A stretch of 64,000 bases of DNA from Podospora anserina (lineage: Eukaryota): positions 1,116,001 to 1,180,000 of the forward strand of contig CM030332.1 of the NCBI GenBank assembly GCA_017654855.1. The letters are read 5' to 3'. Within the stretch, counting starts at the first letter, position 1, and each line of letters opens with the position of its first letter. A program made the position numbers and the translations under genes. The notes beneath the pieces are model-generated. The model did not search any database. It was given only the letters and a program-made list of their open reading frames with translations, and was not told the origin of the DNA. Positions 1 to 12,117 of the stretch are shown here, piece by piece.

Positions 1-2940
1 TCAACAACACCTTCCTCAAGCGGGATCAATCATCAATTTGGTTTTTTCTCTTCTTTGACGACCACCCAAGGAGAACAGAACGGATTTGAGGCAACTCTTT
101 CTTCACGATTTGAGGGGACACAGCCGGAGGAAGAGAAAGGGAAATAATTTAATCCATTTTTAGCCCTTAATATTTAATTTTTTTATGTACATAAAGAATG
201 ATGGGAATAGCTATGGGAAGGAACAAGATGGGGAGGAAGAGGAAGAGGAGGAGGAGGGGGAGGAGGAGGAGTAAGATGGGGGGGGAGAAGACATGAGCAA
301 GCGAGCGAAGAGGGAAAGACAAATCGGCGTCAATCAATTGGGAGGGATGGGCCTGGGTTTGGGGTTTGGTGGGTGGTGATGATGATGATGACGTTTATTT
401 GGTGGAGTGGGTAGTTGGGTGGAGATTTGGGGGAGAAGGAGTTCCAAAGTTTTAGTCTCTGAAAGATGGAGACGGCGGGAGGGTGGGGGGAGGTGTGGTG
501 TAGGGGAGAGAGAGAGAGAGAGAAAGAAATTCAGATCATGACGCTCGCTTGGCATGCATAAAGCTATTTTTTTTTGTTTGGTTTTGTTCTGGTGACTGTG
601 ACTTGTATGTATGTCTGGATCTTGTGTGGTTTTTGGATGTCGGCCTGATCTTTGAAGGTTCAAGAAGCGCCAAGGGGGAGGTGACGTTGGTGTTGTAGCA
701 TTGATTGTGGCTGTGCTGTTCTATCTAGCTAGCGAACGTCGGATTGTTGTTTTAAGATGCTAAACGTACTATAGTCTACTCGTACATGCGGAATTTTTAC
801 ACTAGTTTCATGCGGTTGGGTATGGGATTTGGGAATGGTATGGGGTTGGGGCGTCGTCATCATCGTTCGGAGGCGGGCCGTTCCCAGACAAGTTTGTTGC
901 ATTTCACGCTCATCCACCTACCCAAGAAACTCTTCGGAATATCGGCATACTCACTCCGGCGTCTGCGGCGCGCGGCTGACTGTTCTCTATGTATCTTGCA
1001 TGTCTTGTCGAATCCGAGTTTGACACAGGTAGGAACGTGGGGCGGTCGGTCTTCTCCATACCCTACCTATCTACCTACCTACCGACCCAAGGGTCTCTGT
1101 AACGAACCTGTATGGACACCCCCAATGCCACGCGGCTTTTGTATTATTGGGTTCGGAATTTGACGTAAACGTGGAGTTTTTGAGTTTTATTTCTCCGTTA
1201 AAACGGGACCCTGTCACGCTGTGTACTTGGGTGAGGTGAGCACCCTGCCCACAAAATAACCGAGACACAAAAGTAAGTCAACCCATATCATATACTATGA
1301 ACTATACCTCAGAAGTTAATAGGATTTTGAACGATCTTTCAAAGCCTGTTAACTATTTTTGAAGGCTTATAAACTATCTTCAAAGGCCTATTATAAATTA
1401 TCTTTAAAGGCTTATGGACTATCCGTTAAGGCATGTAAACCTACTTGTAGTATCTCGATTATTCTGTGGTGAGGGTGGTGAGGTGGTGCTTACATATTGA
1501 CATGTACACTGCCACTGTGGGATATCCACTTTTTGGATGGCTGGGAAGGGGGGAGATCGGCGGTTTTACTGGTGGTTGAGTTGGAACCAAGGCCTGATAC
1601 AATGCTTGGTAGGGGTAGGGGATGATTGGTATGTACAGATTGGGGATTTATTTATTGATTTAGTTTTTTTGTTGTCCAGATAGAGCGGGAGGGGGGACCT
1701 GTCTTGGATGGGGCTGGGTGTGGTGAGGGTGAGGGTGAGTAAGCTGGCTGCTTCAGCCTTGCTTTGTTTCGGAGGTCAGCCGTGTCTTGGTTGGGTTTGG
1801 TTGCTTAGGGGAGTGGGTTTGACATGTTTGTAGAGATATAATGGTTATAGGAGCTGTTAAACAGAGATAGAGGCCATCTATCCACTTGGTCAGCTCGGTC
1901 TTCATGATCCGGTGTTTAATTATCTCTGATGATGATGTGTACATGCTCTTCTAGTGGCTTTGCAATGATGAGGAAAGATAAAGCAAGCTATTTCGGTGCA
2001 GTATCGACACACTTCACTGTACAAGTTTGATGGTGTAAGGCCTGGTCTTGGAGCTTGACTGAAAGGTTGGTGATGAGAGCTCGGCGTTTACTCATATGGA
2101 CAGCTCTGCGGTATTGCTCAGATAACAATTGACTTGAGCCAAGGTTTCAGATTAAGCAGCAAATCCGATTCTCTTCATCTCAAACTCCTAGAAAACACCC
2201 TTTGACAGTCGCCTGAAGTGTGAGATGCCAAGCCGAGCAACTTGTTCTAGATTCTAGAAGCTCAAGTGGTGATCTCAGCAATCCATTATTCAGATTGCTC
2301 TCTGGATGATAGAGATTTCACAGAACGTCTACGAAGTGCAGAGAAGGCACGGGAGGTGACGTGCGGTTGTCGACCTGGAGCAGTGAATGGACCGGGGATC
2401 CATGTGGGGAGGCGCTTGTAAATTCTTGCAAGTCAACAAAGAGGACTCGAGAGAGTCTCGATGTCAAAAGCTGAAATATGAACCCGATTCCATGCTCAGA
2501 AAGCACCGATGGTGGCAGAATTCACTCAGGAAGATGGGAACAAAACACCTGCAGACATCTGCTCACGATATTCACCCTGGCGCATTGCTCCCAAGGCCAA
2601 TTCACTGTTGCGCCGCCGTTGGGTGGTGAATGTTGCAGCTCAGCTCTGTCCCACCAGATTGGCTGGGAAACCAGTGGAAACTATCGGCCGATAAGCCTTA
2701 TCGGATGCTGAAGTGGAGCCGCCCAAACTTTTTTTGTGGAGCCAACCTCGAATTGCTGCAGGTGGTTGCAAAGTGCTGGATATTTTTTTTCTGCTGCGAT
2801 TCCTGCACCTCTCTCTTCTTCTTCTCTGTACTCAACATCACCATCATCACATTGTCTGTCTGTTTTTTTTCAGCACATTAAATCGCATCGCCAATCCTTC
2901 TTTTAGTACATACCAAGTAACATCCTCTAACTCAGCCAAC

Positions 2941-4450
2941 ATGCCTCTTCTTCCTGTCGCCGTCTATGGCCAAGATGTCCCTCCCGGACAGCTTGTCCCA
3001 GCCGAGATCCAGTTCCCTGCGACCGTAAGTCTCTGCAATTCCAATCGCCAGGCCATTGCTAATGCGCAATTCTAGATTCGCATCACCATGGCTGCTCTTG
3101 ACCCTACTGCCGCCCCCGAGGCTGATGAGGAGGGCAACATCCCCGCCGTCCACCGCTCTACCCTGAAGATCATCAGAGTCGTCAACGACGACGAGGGCGA
3201 TGATGAGGACGAGGACGAGTACCTCCAGAAGCTTCTCGGCGGTGGCGACGACGAGGAGTCTGACGAGGAGTCCGATGAGGAGCCCAACGGCGGCCCCAGC
3301 GACCCCGCCAAGTCCAAGAAGGCGAAGCGCGCCGCTGCCATCAAGAAGCTGATGGAGGCTACCCAGGAGGAGTCCGATGAGGAGATGGAGGACGTCAAGC
3401 CCAACGGAAAGAAGGGCAAGGCCAAGGCCAAGGCCGAGGAGGAGAGCGATGAGGAGAGCGACGAGGACGATGAGGAGGAGGGTGAGCTTGAGGAGTTCGT
3501 TGTCTGCACTCTTGACACCGAGCGCGTACGTATTAGCTTCAACCAGCCCAAGAAAGCCTTGCACAGACTGACAAGCAACACAGACCTACCAGCAGCCCAT
3601 CGACCTTGTCATTGGCGAGGGCGAGAGGGTCTTCTTCGCCGTCACCGGTACCCACACTGTCTACGTCACTGGCAACTACGTGGTCACCGAGGACGAGGAG
3701 GACGAGGATTCCGATGAGGAGTCCGATGAGGACTACGATGACGACATGCGCGCCGTCCTCGAGGGTGACTCCGATGATGACATGAGCGATGAGCTCGACG
3801 AGATTGATGGTGCTGAGCGCATCAAGGAGATCGACACCGACGAGGAGGAGGCTCCCAAGCTCGTCGATACCAAGAAGAAGGGCAAGAAGAGAGCCGCTGA
3901 GGAGGAGGCCGAGGGCCTCGACGAGTTGATCGCCAAGGACGAGAAGAAGAACAAGAAGCAGAAGAAGAACAAGAGCGAGGCTGCTACTACTGAGGCCAAG
4001 GAGTCTCCCTCCACCAAGGGTGATAAGAAGGTCCAGTTCGCCAAGAACCTTGAGCAAGGCCCTACCGGCCCTGCTAAGGACAAGGCTGCTGAGAAGCCCG
4101 CCGAGAAGAAGGCTCTTGGTGTCAAGGTTGTCAACGGTGTCACCATCGACGACCGCAAGGCTGGTACCGGCCGCACCGTGAAGAACGGCGACCGCGTTGG
4201 CATGCGTTACATTGGCAAGCTCCAGAACGGCAAGGTTTTTGATTCCAACAAGAAGGGTGCGCCTTTCAGCTTCAAGATTGGCAAGGGTGAGGTCATCAAG
4301 GGCTGGGACATTGGTATTCTCGGCATGGCTGTTGGTGGCGAGCGTCGGTTGACTATTCCCGCCCACCTCGCCTACGGCAGCAAGTCCCTCCCCGGCATCC
4401 CTGCCAACAGCACTCTCATCTTCGATGTCAAGCTCATCGAGATCAAGTAA
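2941..4450 (+). CDS. fpr4: Nucleolar FK506-binding peptidyl-prolyl isomerase (nucleoplasmin-like N-domain, acidic/basic tracts, C-terminal FKBP); exons 2941-3024, 3076-3525, 3584-4450
   Basis: GT-AG introns 3025-3075 and 3526-3583 join in frame. NPL motifs ([19 protein letters not shown]) and FKBP motifs ([43 protein letters not shown]) are present. Confidence 0.95.
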
Positions 4451-5270
4451 AGGATCTTAGTGACTTGAATATATATGTCTCCTGAGCGCGGCGTCGGACT
4501 CGGTGGCATGTAGCCTTGTATTTTACAACGGGCACTTTTCCTTTTTTATTTTTGTTTTATTTTTATGATATCTCGAGGCTCTTCCTACGGGTTAGCCTGA
4601 TCGGTCTTTTTTGCTTCATATACAGCACCATGGAGACCTTCTGACCTGCGCACGATCTGTGAGGATTCTGTCCTCTTAGGCAGCAGAAAGAGACGGTGTT
4701 CAAGGGGATGACGAGGTCTGCATTGCATTATGGAATGGCGAACAAAACTTGGGTTTGGAGGTTTTTTTGTTACCTCTCAGGGAATTTTTTATGTTACTGT
4801 CTGCTTAGGGGAAAATAATACTCGTCGCTGTGGCGCGGCTATGAACTCAACACTGTGGTCGCCTGTGTACTTGCTGGCTATGTGTGTATCTCTTTCTCTG
4901 TCTCTTCTGTGTAATGTTCCGTCTTACCTGGCATGTCCAGCGTCCTGCTAAGCAATGGCAAGTGCGCCCATGAGGAAAGGTGTTTGTAGTCGACACCTTC
5001 CCAGCCGTCCTGTCTTGTTGGGCATTGCCGGCCTGTGGAAGGGGCTTCACGGAGGCCATGCCCCGTCGTAGATAGACCATGACGTCCCTGTTGTCCATCG
5101 ACAAACTTCTTCTTCACCCATCTTGTCCCCGTCACCGTATCATTCCATCTCGACCCGTCCCAAACCCCCGACTCTCGTTGGATTTTCTGGAAGGGGATTA
5201 TCCCGCAATACTTACCCGGCAGCATTATTGCACCCCGTAATTTTTATCCCATGGACAGAGGTGCACCGTC

Positions 5271-8200
5271 ATGACGAGCAGAACTGGCCAGCAGCACAGT
5301 GAGATCGCCTCCATCTCTCTAGGGGCCGGCTACAAACTGGACGACAACAACGCCTCGGTGTGGTCCCTTGCCCGCTCCGACCGTGCTTCCATCCAAGTCA
5401 CCACGGCCGCCGCTCGTAAAAGGTTCAAGATATTCTCCGCATTCAAGTCGTTGACCAATCTTGGTGAGTTTCCAAGCTTTCTTGTTGGGAATGTTGAGAA
5501 GACCGTTTGGGCTGATACGAACCGACGTAAAAAGCCTCTGACAAGCCACCCGCCATCACGACACCGACCGAGCCCCTTAGCGGCCACCGCGGTGCAAAGT
5601 CAATTATCCCAAGGGGCATACTTTCAAAAATGTCCAGCGCCCTCGTCCGTGGTGCTCCTTCTCCCATGGAGCCGACTGTTATTCATCGATCCACCCAACC
5701 GAGAAGTCGTCGACCGAAGCTTCAGCAGCAGACATTTCAGCAACGTCATCCTCATCATCATCATCATCATCCTCATCCTCATCATCATCATCACCACCAG
5801 CAGCAGCAGCAGCAGCAGCAGCAAGAACAAGCAGCAGTGGTGCAGCATATTGAATCTTTTCCGTTGTCACCACCGCAGGTCATCACCCCCGACGCCACCA
5901 CGACGGCGAAGAACACAGACACGACGACGGTTTCGAGCATGCCGAGCACGCCGCAGGATAATTCGGCGAACACCTCGCCCAAGAACTCGACTGGGCAGAC
6001 GTCGATGGATTCGTGGATGATGAAGGATCAGAGGCGAGGGGGAGGGGGAGGAGGGGGATCCCCGCCCGAGAGGTTGAAGCAAACCGCCCGGCACGGTAAT
6101 CACCAGCACAACATCGCGCTGCCGTTGTCGGGGGTGTCATCTTGCTCGAATCCAATCATTCGTCATCATGCCCATCATGGCCACAATCATGGCCAGCAAC
6201 ACCACAGGGAGAACCCGCCGCAGAACCACATTGATGACACTTCCACCTCTCCCAGTCCGGACTCTGTCTTGACGACTATACAGGAATCGCCCTTTGATCT
6301 TGTCACGCCTTCGATCGTGACGGTGGAGAAGGCGGCTGCGGCCAAGATTGCGCTGGAGGGGTATTTTCAGGAGAAGTTTGCTCTTGGGGCAACGGATAGA
6401 GAGAAGAGGAGGCAGGGGTTTGAGAATGGACTTTTTGTGGATGCGGCGGCTGCCAGGGGGGGGAAGGAGACGAAAAAGGGGGGGTTGCTGACCAGTGGGC
6501 AGATTGCCGCTGTCAGACAAGGGTTTTTCAAACAGGAGACTCGGCACCTGAGGGAGACGAGGGTTTTGAAGGCTAGGGGGGCGGGGTTGCTGATGCGGGA
6601 GGGGGTGGACGGGGCGAGGGAGAATGGGTTTGAGGAGGTGCAGATTTTGGGGAAGGGGAGTTTTGGGGTGGTGAAGCTGGTGAGGCAGAGTGGTGGTGGG
6701 GGAGGGGTGTTTGCCATGAAGTGTATACGGAAGGGGGAGATGATCAAGACGCAGCAGGAGGGGCATCTCAAGGCGGAGAGGGACTTTTTGATCGCGAGCG
6801 AGGGGTGTCAGTGGGTTGTTCAGCTCGTGGCGGCGTTTCAGGACTTGAAGAATTTGTACTTGGTTACCGAGTACATGCCTGGGGGGGACTTTCTGGGGTT
6901 TTTGATTCGGGAGACTACGCTCCCGGAAGAGGTGGCCAGGTTTTATGTTGCCGAGATGATTCTGGCGGTGGAGGCGACGCATTCGTTGAAGTTTATACAC
7001 CGGGACATCAAGCCTGACAACTTTTTGATATCGGCGAGCGGGCACCTGAAGATTTCGGACTTTGGGCTGGCGTTTGATGGGCATTGGTCGCATGACTTGG
7101 CCTATTTTACTAGTCACCGGTATTCGCTCGTGAATAGGCTGGGGTTGAACGTGGTGGGGGATAAGCAGGACAGGAAGGAGAGCAGGAGCACGGCTGCGGT
7201 GCTGAAGTGGACGAGTGGCATCATGACGGGGATTGGGAAGCATCAGCCCAAGGTTGGGGTTGGGGTCGGGGTGGAGGGGGATGAAAAGAGGGAGCCGTTG
7301 CTGAGCTGGAGGAACAGGAACGGGAACAGGGGGGCGGCGGTGAGTATTATGGGTACGAGTCAGTACATGGCTCCCGAGGTGGTCAAGGGGGAGTGTTATG
7401 ATGCGAGGTGCGACTACTGGAGCGTGGCGGTGATTCTGTACGAGTGCCTGTACGGGAGCACGCCGTTCTACAGCGAGGAGGGGAGGTCGGTGACCAAGAA
7501 GAATATTTTGAACCACCGGGAGACGTTTCGCTTTCCGAGGCAGGGGCCGGCGGTGTCGACGAGGTGTCGGAATTTGTTGGTCAGTTTGATTGTGGACAAG
7601 GAGGATAGGTTGTCTTGCAAGGCGTACAAGATGAAGGACATGATTGGGCAGATTGGGACTGGGCCGGGGGGGCAGAATCAAAGGGGGATGACGAGTTCGA
7701 TGTCGGCGCCGAGTCTGCCTGCTTTGGGGGTTGCTACTATGTCGGGGAATAGTAGTACTGGTGGTGGTGGTGGTGGTGGCCCGGCGCAGCAGCAGCAGCA
7801 GCATCAGACGCAGAAGGATACACGGTGGACGAAGGAATATGTGGACAAGTTTGTGTTCCCTAATGATGCTGAGGATATCAAGGGGCACAAGTGGTTTAGG
7901 TCAATTGCGTGGGAGCATTTGCACCAGATGCCGCCGCCGCATGTTCCCGTGCTGGACTCGCCGGACGATGCGACGTATTTTGATGACGAGAGTTTGAGTG
8001 ATTGGAGTGAGAGCTCTCTGGAGGACAAGCTGTCGGAGGAGGAGGAGGACGATGAGGATGAGATTGAGAACAGGAGGCTTGAGGAGGAGGGGTATCACGG
8101 GTTGAGCAAACGGGTGTTGGATCAGATGGTTGAGGAGCAGAAGCTGATGGAGGAGAGGAGGCGAGAAGAGGAAAAGGAGAGGTTCCTCGGTAAGCTGGGC

Positions 8201-9139
8201 AGGAGGCCGAGTCTGCAGAGGTGGGTGATGGAGGCGATGAGACAGGCGCCGTTTGACATTGACTATTACATGGGGTTGGAGAAAGAGATTGACAAGGCTA
8301 GCCCGGAGTGCGGGGTTACGGAGGAGGAGAAGGAGGTGATGAAGGCTTTTTTGCTTCGGTACGGGTGTCGGGTGTTTCGGGATGGGGAGCCCAAGGGGGA
8401 CGCCGCCAAAGATAAGAAGGAAGAGAAGAAGAAGAAGAGGCCGAGGGACAAGATTTTGAGGGACAAGGAGATGGGAAAGGTGGCGATGGGTGTGAGGAGA
8501 CGGACGGCGTTTGCTGGGTATGAGTGGGTTGGCTGTCGCGGGTTGAATGGGGGCGAGGTGCTTGGTGGTGGTGGTGGTGGCGGTGGTCAGGAGAATGTTG
8601 GGTTGGATGGGACGTCGGTGATGAAACCGAAGCCTGTCCAGCATTCTCCTCAGCAACAGGTGCAGATGCAGACACCACGGCAGGTGGTGAATGTTGGGGC
8701 GGTGGGTATGGATGGGGGGTATGACGGATCTCCCGAGAGTAATTCCTCGCCTACGTATCGATGGGGACCGCATCCGCAGATTCACTTACCGCCGCCTCAT
8801 GTTCATTTATTACCGCCTCATGCGCTGCCTCCCATGACGGGGCATGCGTTTCAACCTGATCCGTTTTGGAGACCACCACCGGTAGCTCCCCAGCCGCAGT
8901 TCACACATGCTCATCATCCTCAGTATCACCCACTACCGCCACGGCAGTTTTCACCATTTCCATTTCAGCAGCAGCAGCAACCGGATCCTCGACACTTTCA
9001 ACTACCTCCATTTCGTCCACCGCCACCGCAACAAGCCCGGAACTATTCCCCTTATCAGAGCCAGTACGTACAGAGTCAAGTCCCGAGACAGTTTTCCATG
9101 CCACCACAAGCACAGCCGCAGGCGCCACCACCGCGATAG
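5271..9139 (+). CDS. AGC/NDR-like Ser/Thr kinase, probably PUK1/stk-21 type; exons 5271-5463, 5535-9139
   Basis: Intron 5464-5534 (GTGAGT...GCTGAT...AAG) joins ORF 5271 in frame to the 1169-aa ORF. Motifs: GKGSFG, FAMK, HLKAERDFL, HRDIKPDN, DFG, a long insert before GTSQYMAPE (NDR hallmark), and DIKGHKWF. Confidence 0.9.
5745..5825 (+). repeat. (CAT/CCT)n and (CAG)n coding microsatellite giving poly-His/poly-Gln in the kinase N-terminus
   Basis: catcctcatcatcatcatcatcat...cagcagcagcagcag is visible directly. Confidence 0.9.
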
Positions 9140-9639
9140 GTTGGCGGTAATAAGCAGGGCGGTGGTGCTGGGGCTGGAGGGAATGATGCCGGAGTATGGG
9201 CTGGCGAGACAGGCTTTGATCTGAAGAACAAGGGCAGGATGGGTGTGTCGTGAGGTGATGATTATGAACGACGGGGGGCAATCTTGTTTTTTGGGCGTTT
9301 GTTGGGTAGATGGGATACGTATAACGACAGTATTATTAGATAGTAGACAGCCTACCTATGATACCACCAGAAGTAGAGTTAATAGTAGTTGTAATCTCTC
9401 ACTTGTTTCTGCAGACTCGAAGGGCGGTGTAAAAGACCCAACATCATGCATTGTAGTAGCTCGTCGTATCCATTAGTGTATATTTTCGTCATGCCAACGA
9501 CACCCATCCATCTATTAGCGCCTCATTTTGCCAACCTCCAACCCAAAGCAATTTCCCACATGATCTTTATGAAGTGGTGTGCGTGCTCTCGTGACTTCCC
9601 CCTCCATTTCCTCACTGTCCACCTCCAAACCGCAAACCT

Positions 9640-10322
9640 TTAGCCCAAAACAAGCTCATACACTATGATGAGGGTATTGATCACAATTAATGGTACTAAC
9701 TCTCTTGTTAGTGACGGTGGCGAAAGTGCGGGGTACGTGAGGAGAGTACATACTCCTCATCAAGGTCCGGATCGAGGCAATCAGCTGGATGGCATTGTAC
9801 TTGACGCTGCTGTCTACGCCGCCGGGGCCGCCGAAGGAGCGGTTGTGGGTTGCGGGGGTGAGGTTTACTGTCGGTCAAAGAGTCAGTGTTTCCTGTACTG
9901 GATAGTCATGTGCTGTTGTATGTCGTGGTGAAAGCAGCAGGGCCACTTTTCCGACCTCGTTGACTGGTGTCTGGTTTTGCTCCGTGTTGGTATCGAGCAC
10001 AGCATCCCAACGAGGTGGTACCCTCAAAGCGCGACCCTCCCGCCAGAGTTTGTTCAAGGACCCCCCGTTTGGGAAGGTTTGACCCTCTCTATCGGTTGAG
10101 CTGTGGTTGTCGGAGTTGGAATAGGACTATGGGTTCGGGAACACCGGAGGAATGTTGGGGATAAACGCACCGCGAGCGAGGAAGCGGTCCTCTGACAGGA
10201 CGACGATGGCGTTGAGAATCAGGACGGTCACTTTTATTTGCACAGACGTTAGCATGCTTGATAGAGAAGGGGGGGAGAACAAGGAGAAGCATACCATAGA
10301 GAATCTTCCCCAGAAAAGACAT
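9640..10322 (-). CDS. yos1: Yos1/IER3IP1-like ER-Golgi transport membrane protein, 85 aa; exons 10322-10295, 10230-10171, 9867-9754, 9695-9640
   Basis: Manual splicing over three GT-AG introns gives MSFLGKILYVTVLILNAIVVLSEDRFLARVNLTPATHNRSFGGPGGVDSSVKYNAIQLIASIRTLMRIPLIVINTLIIVYELVLG*. This carries the Yos1 signatures NAI.VLSEDRFL and IRTLMRIPLI. Confidence 0.95.
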
Positions 10323-12117
10323 CTTCGCTTTGCTTCAAGGGGGCAGCTCCCCTTCTTCTCGCAGTGGTTCGGGTGACAATATATCGCCGGTTATTGGTGT
10401 GGTATATATCGCTAGACAGGAAGTATGTTTGCTGCCGTCGCGATTGTCGTCGTGTCGCGGTGTCGCCAGTAAGAAGCACAAAGGTGGACGTTACAGTCAA
10501 CTGGACAGCTTGAGCTTCAACCGCCGTGCGTCAGCCAATGCGACGCGCAGAGGACAGATTTATTGTGGGCCAGCCGTTCATCAAAAAGGGAGTTACGTCA
10601 TGTGACAGTGTGCAGAGGTACAGTAGAACCCTAACCCCTGGAATAAGAGGAAAGTGGAGTTCAACCCCCTATTTACCCCTGAAATTGTGCTGGCAAACAT
10701 CCTCAGTCCATCAACAACCTGTTTATTTACTCCTCAACATACATCGATACATGCTGAATGTTACATTTCAGTCCCACAATAACAGAGATAGAAACACAAG
10801 AACCACAAAACTCTGTGAATACCAACTTCTGTCACTCATCACCCGTCCCATTACTCACCCCGCGAGAAAAACCAACTCCGACGGCGGCACCATATACCCA
10901 ACCCTACTAGCAGGCACCCTCACCACCCTGTATTCCAGATCAGGTAAGTAATCATAACACTGCCATTCCTCCCCATTCCAAAAGTTCTTCGATTCCTCGA
11001 CCGTGTCCAGGACATGCAGCAATGCATAGCCTGCAATCAGGAAAGTCTCGCAAGCACGAGCACACGCGCTGGAAAAAGCTGTAATAACAACTGGAGTTAG
11101 TCTCATCCCTGATCTTCAAGAGTGCGTTGCTGTGATCAAAAAAAAAAAAAAAAAACAATCAACGATTGCAACGCACGCCTAACAAAGACTGGTGTTTTCA
11201 GCTGTCAAAGCAAGAATTTCATCGCTAAATAAACAAACAAAACCAGCAAACAAGCCGTAAAAATGAAAATCTTCGCCTCACTTGACACAATGCTTTGTAT
11301 CCCAGTCCAGTGAAGTCCAGTTCCAGTTCCAGTCCAGCAGCCCAGAGAAAGTTCAACCAACGGTGTTTCAGGAAAAGACTCCATTTGATGTGTGACAAAA
11401 AAACCCACATTGATAAACTGAATGTTAGCTTTGTTGCAAAAAGAAAAAGGGTGTAGAAATTGAGCCCGTCCATCCTGAGTGTAGTGTGTGTAATCCATCG
11501 CTTTGCCCGCCTTTTGCCATGCTAATGCTCCGTTACTTGTAACTTCAAAGTTGTAAAAAGAGAAACCAAAAAGAGTTGCAGAAAAGAAAAACAAGAACAA
11601 AAAACCAACAGGCCAGATTCATCTCTTTTTGTTTTGCCCGATACGGTATCAAAACCCTTCCGTCCATCCATTCGAAACAAAACCCGCCTGCTGCTTCTTC
11701 AGCCCCTCCAAAATATTAAGAAAAATGCTAAAGTACCAACTAACTCGAAGCCAAACGGATTTCTAGAGGCTCTCCTCTTCTCCCAAGAATTATCCGTTTT
11801 TGCCGGTGTTTGCCGCAACAATACTGGTTAATGGTATATAACGTAATGATGTGTGTGCCGTAAATACGTGTTGTAGAGGTATCAGAGGATTAATCGACTT
11901 TGCAATGGCGGGACTGGAGAGAAACTCAAAAGTCCAACGCAGCATCGAAACCACGACCGCCCGCCTGCCTTGCAAGAAGGGAGAGAGGAGAAACAAGAGC
12001 AATAAAAAGCCACACTTTATAGGTTCCGGGGTATTGGATGACAAGGTGCGTAGAAAACAGCAAGCCAAAAAACAAAAGCATCAAAAAACCGAGGACAGCA
12101 AGGCAGGCATAGCCAAC

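Noticed and set aside
6137-8785. Long antisense ORFs (583 and 294 aa) over the kinase, with similar ones over FKBP, COG4, IQ and ABCA
   Set aside because: Shadow ORFs caused by codon bias of the sense genes.
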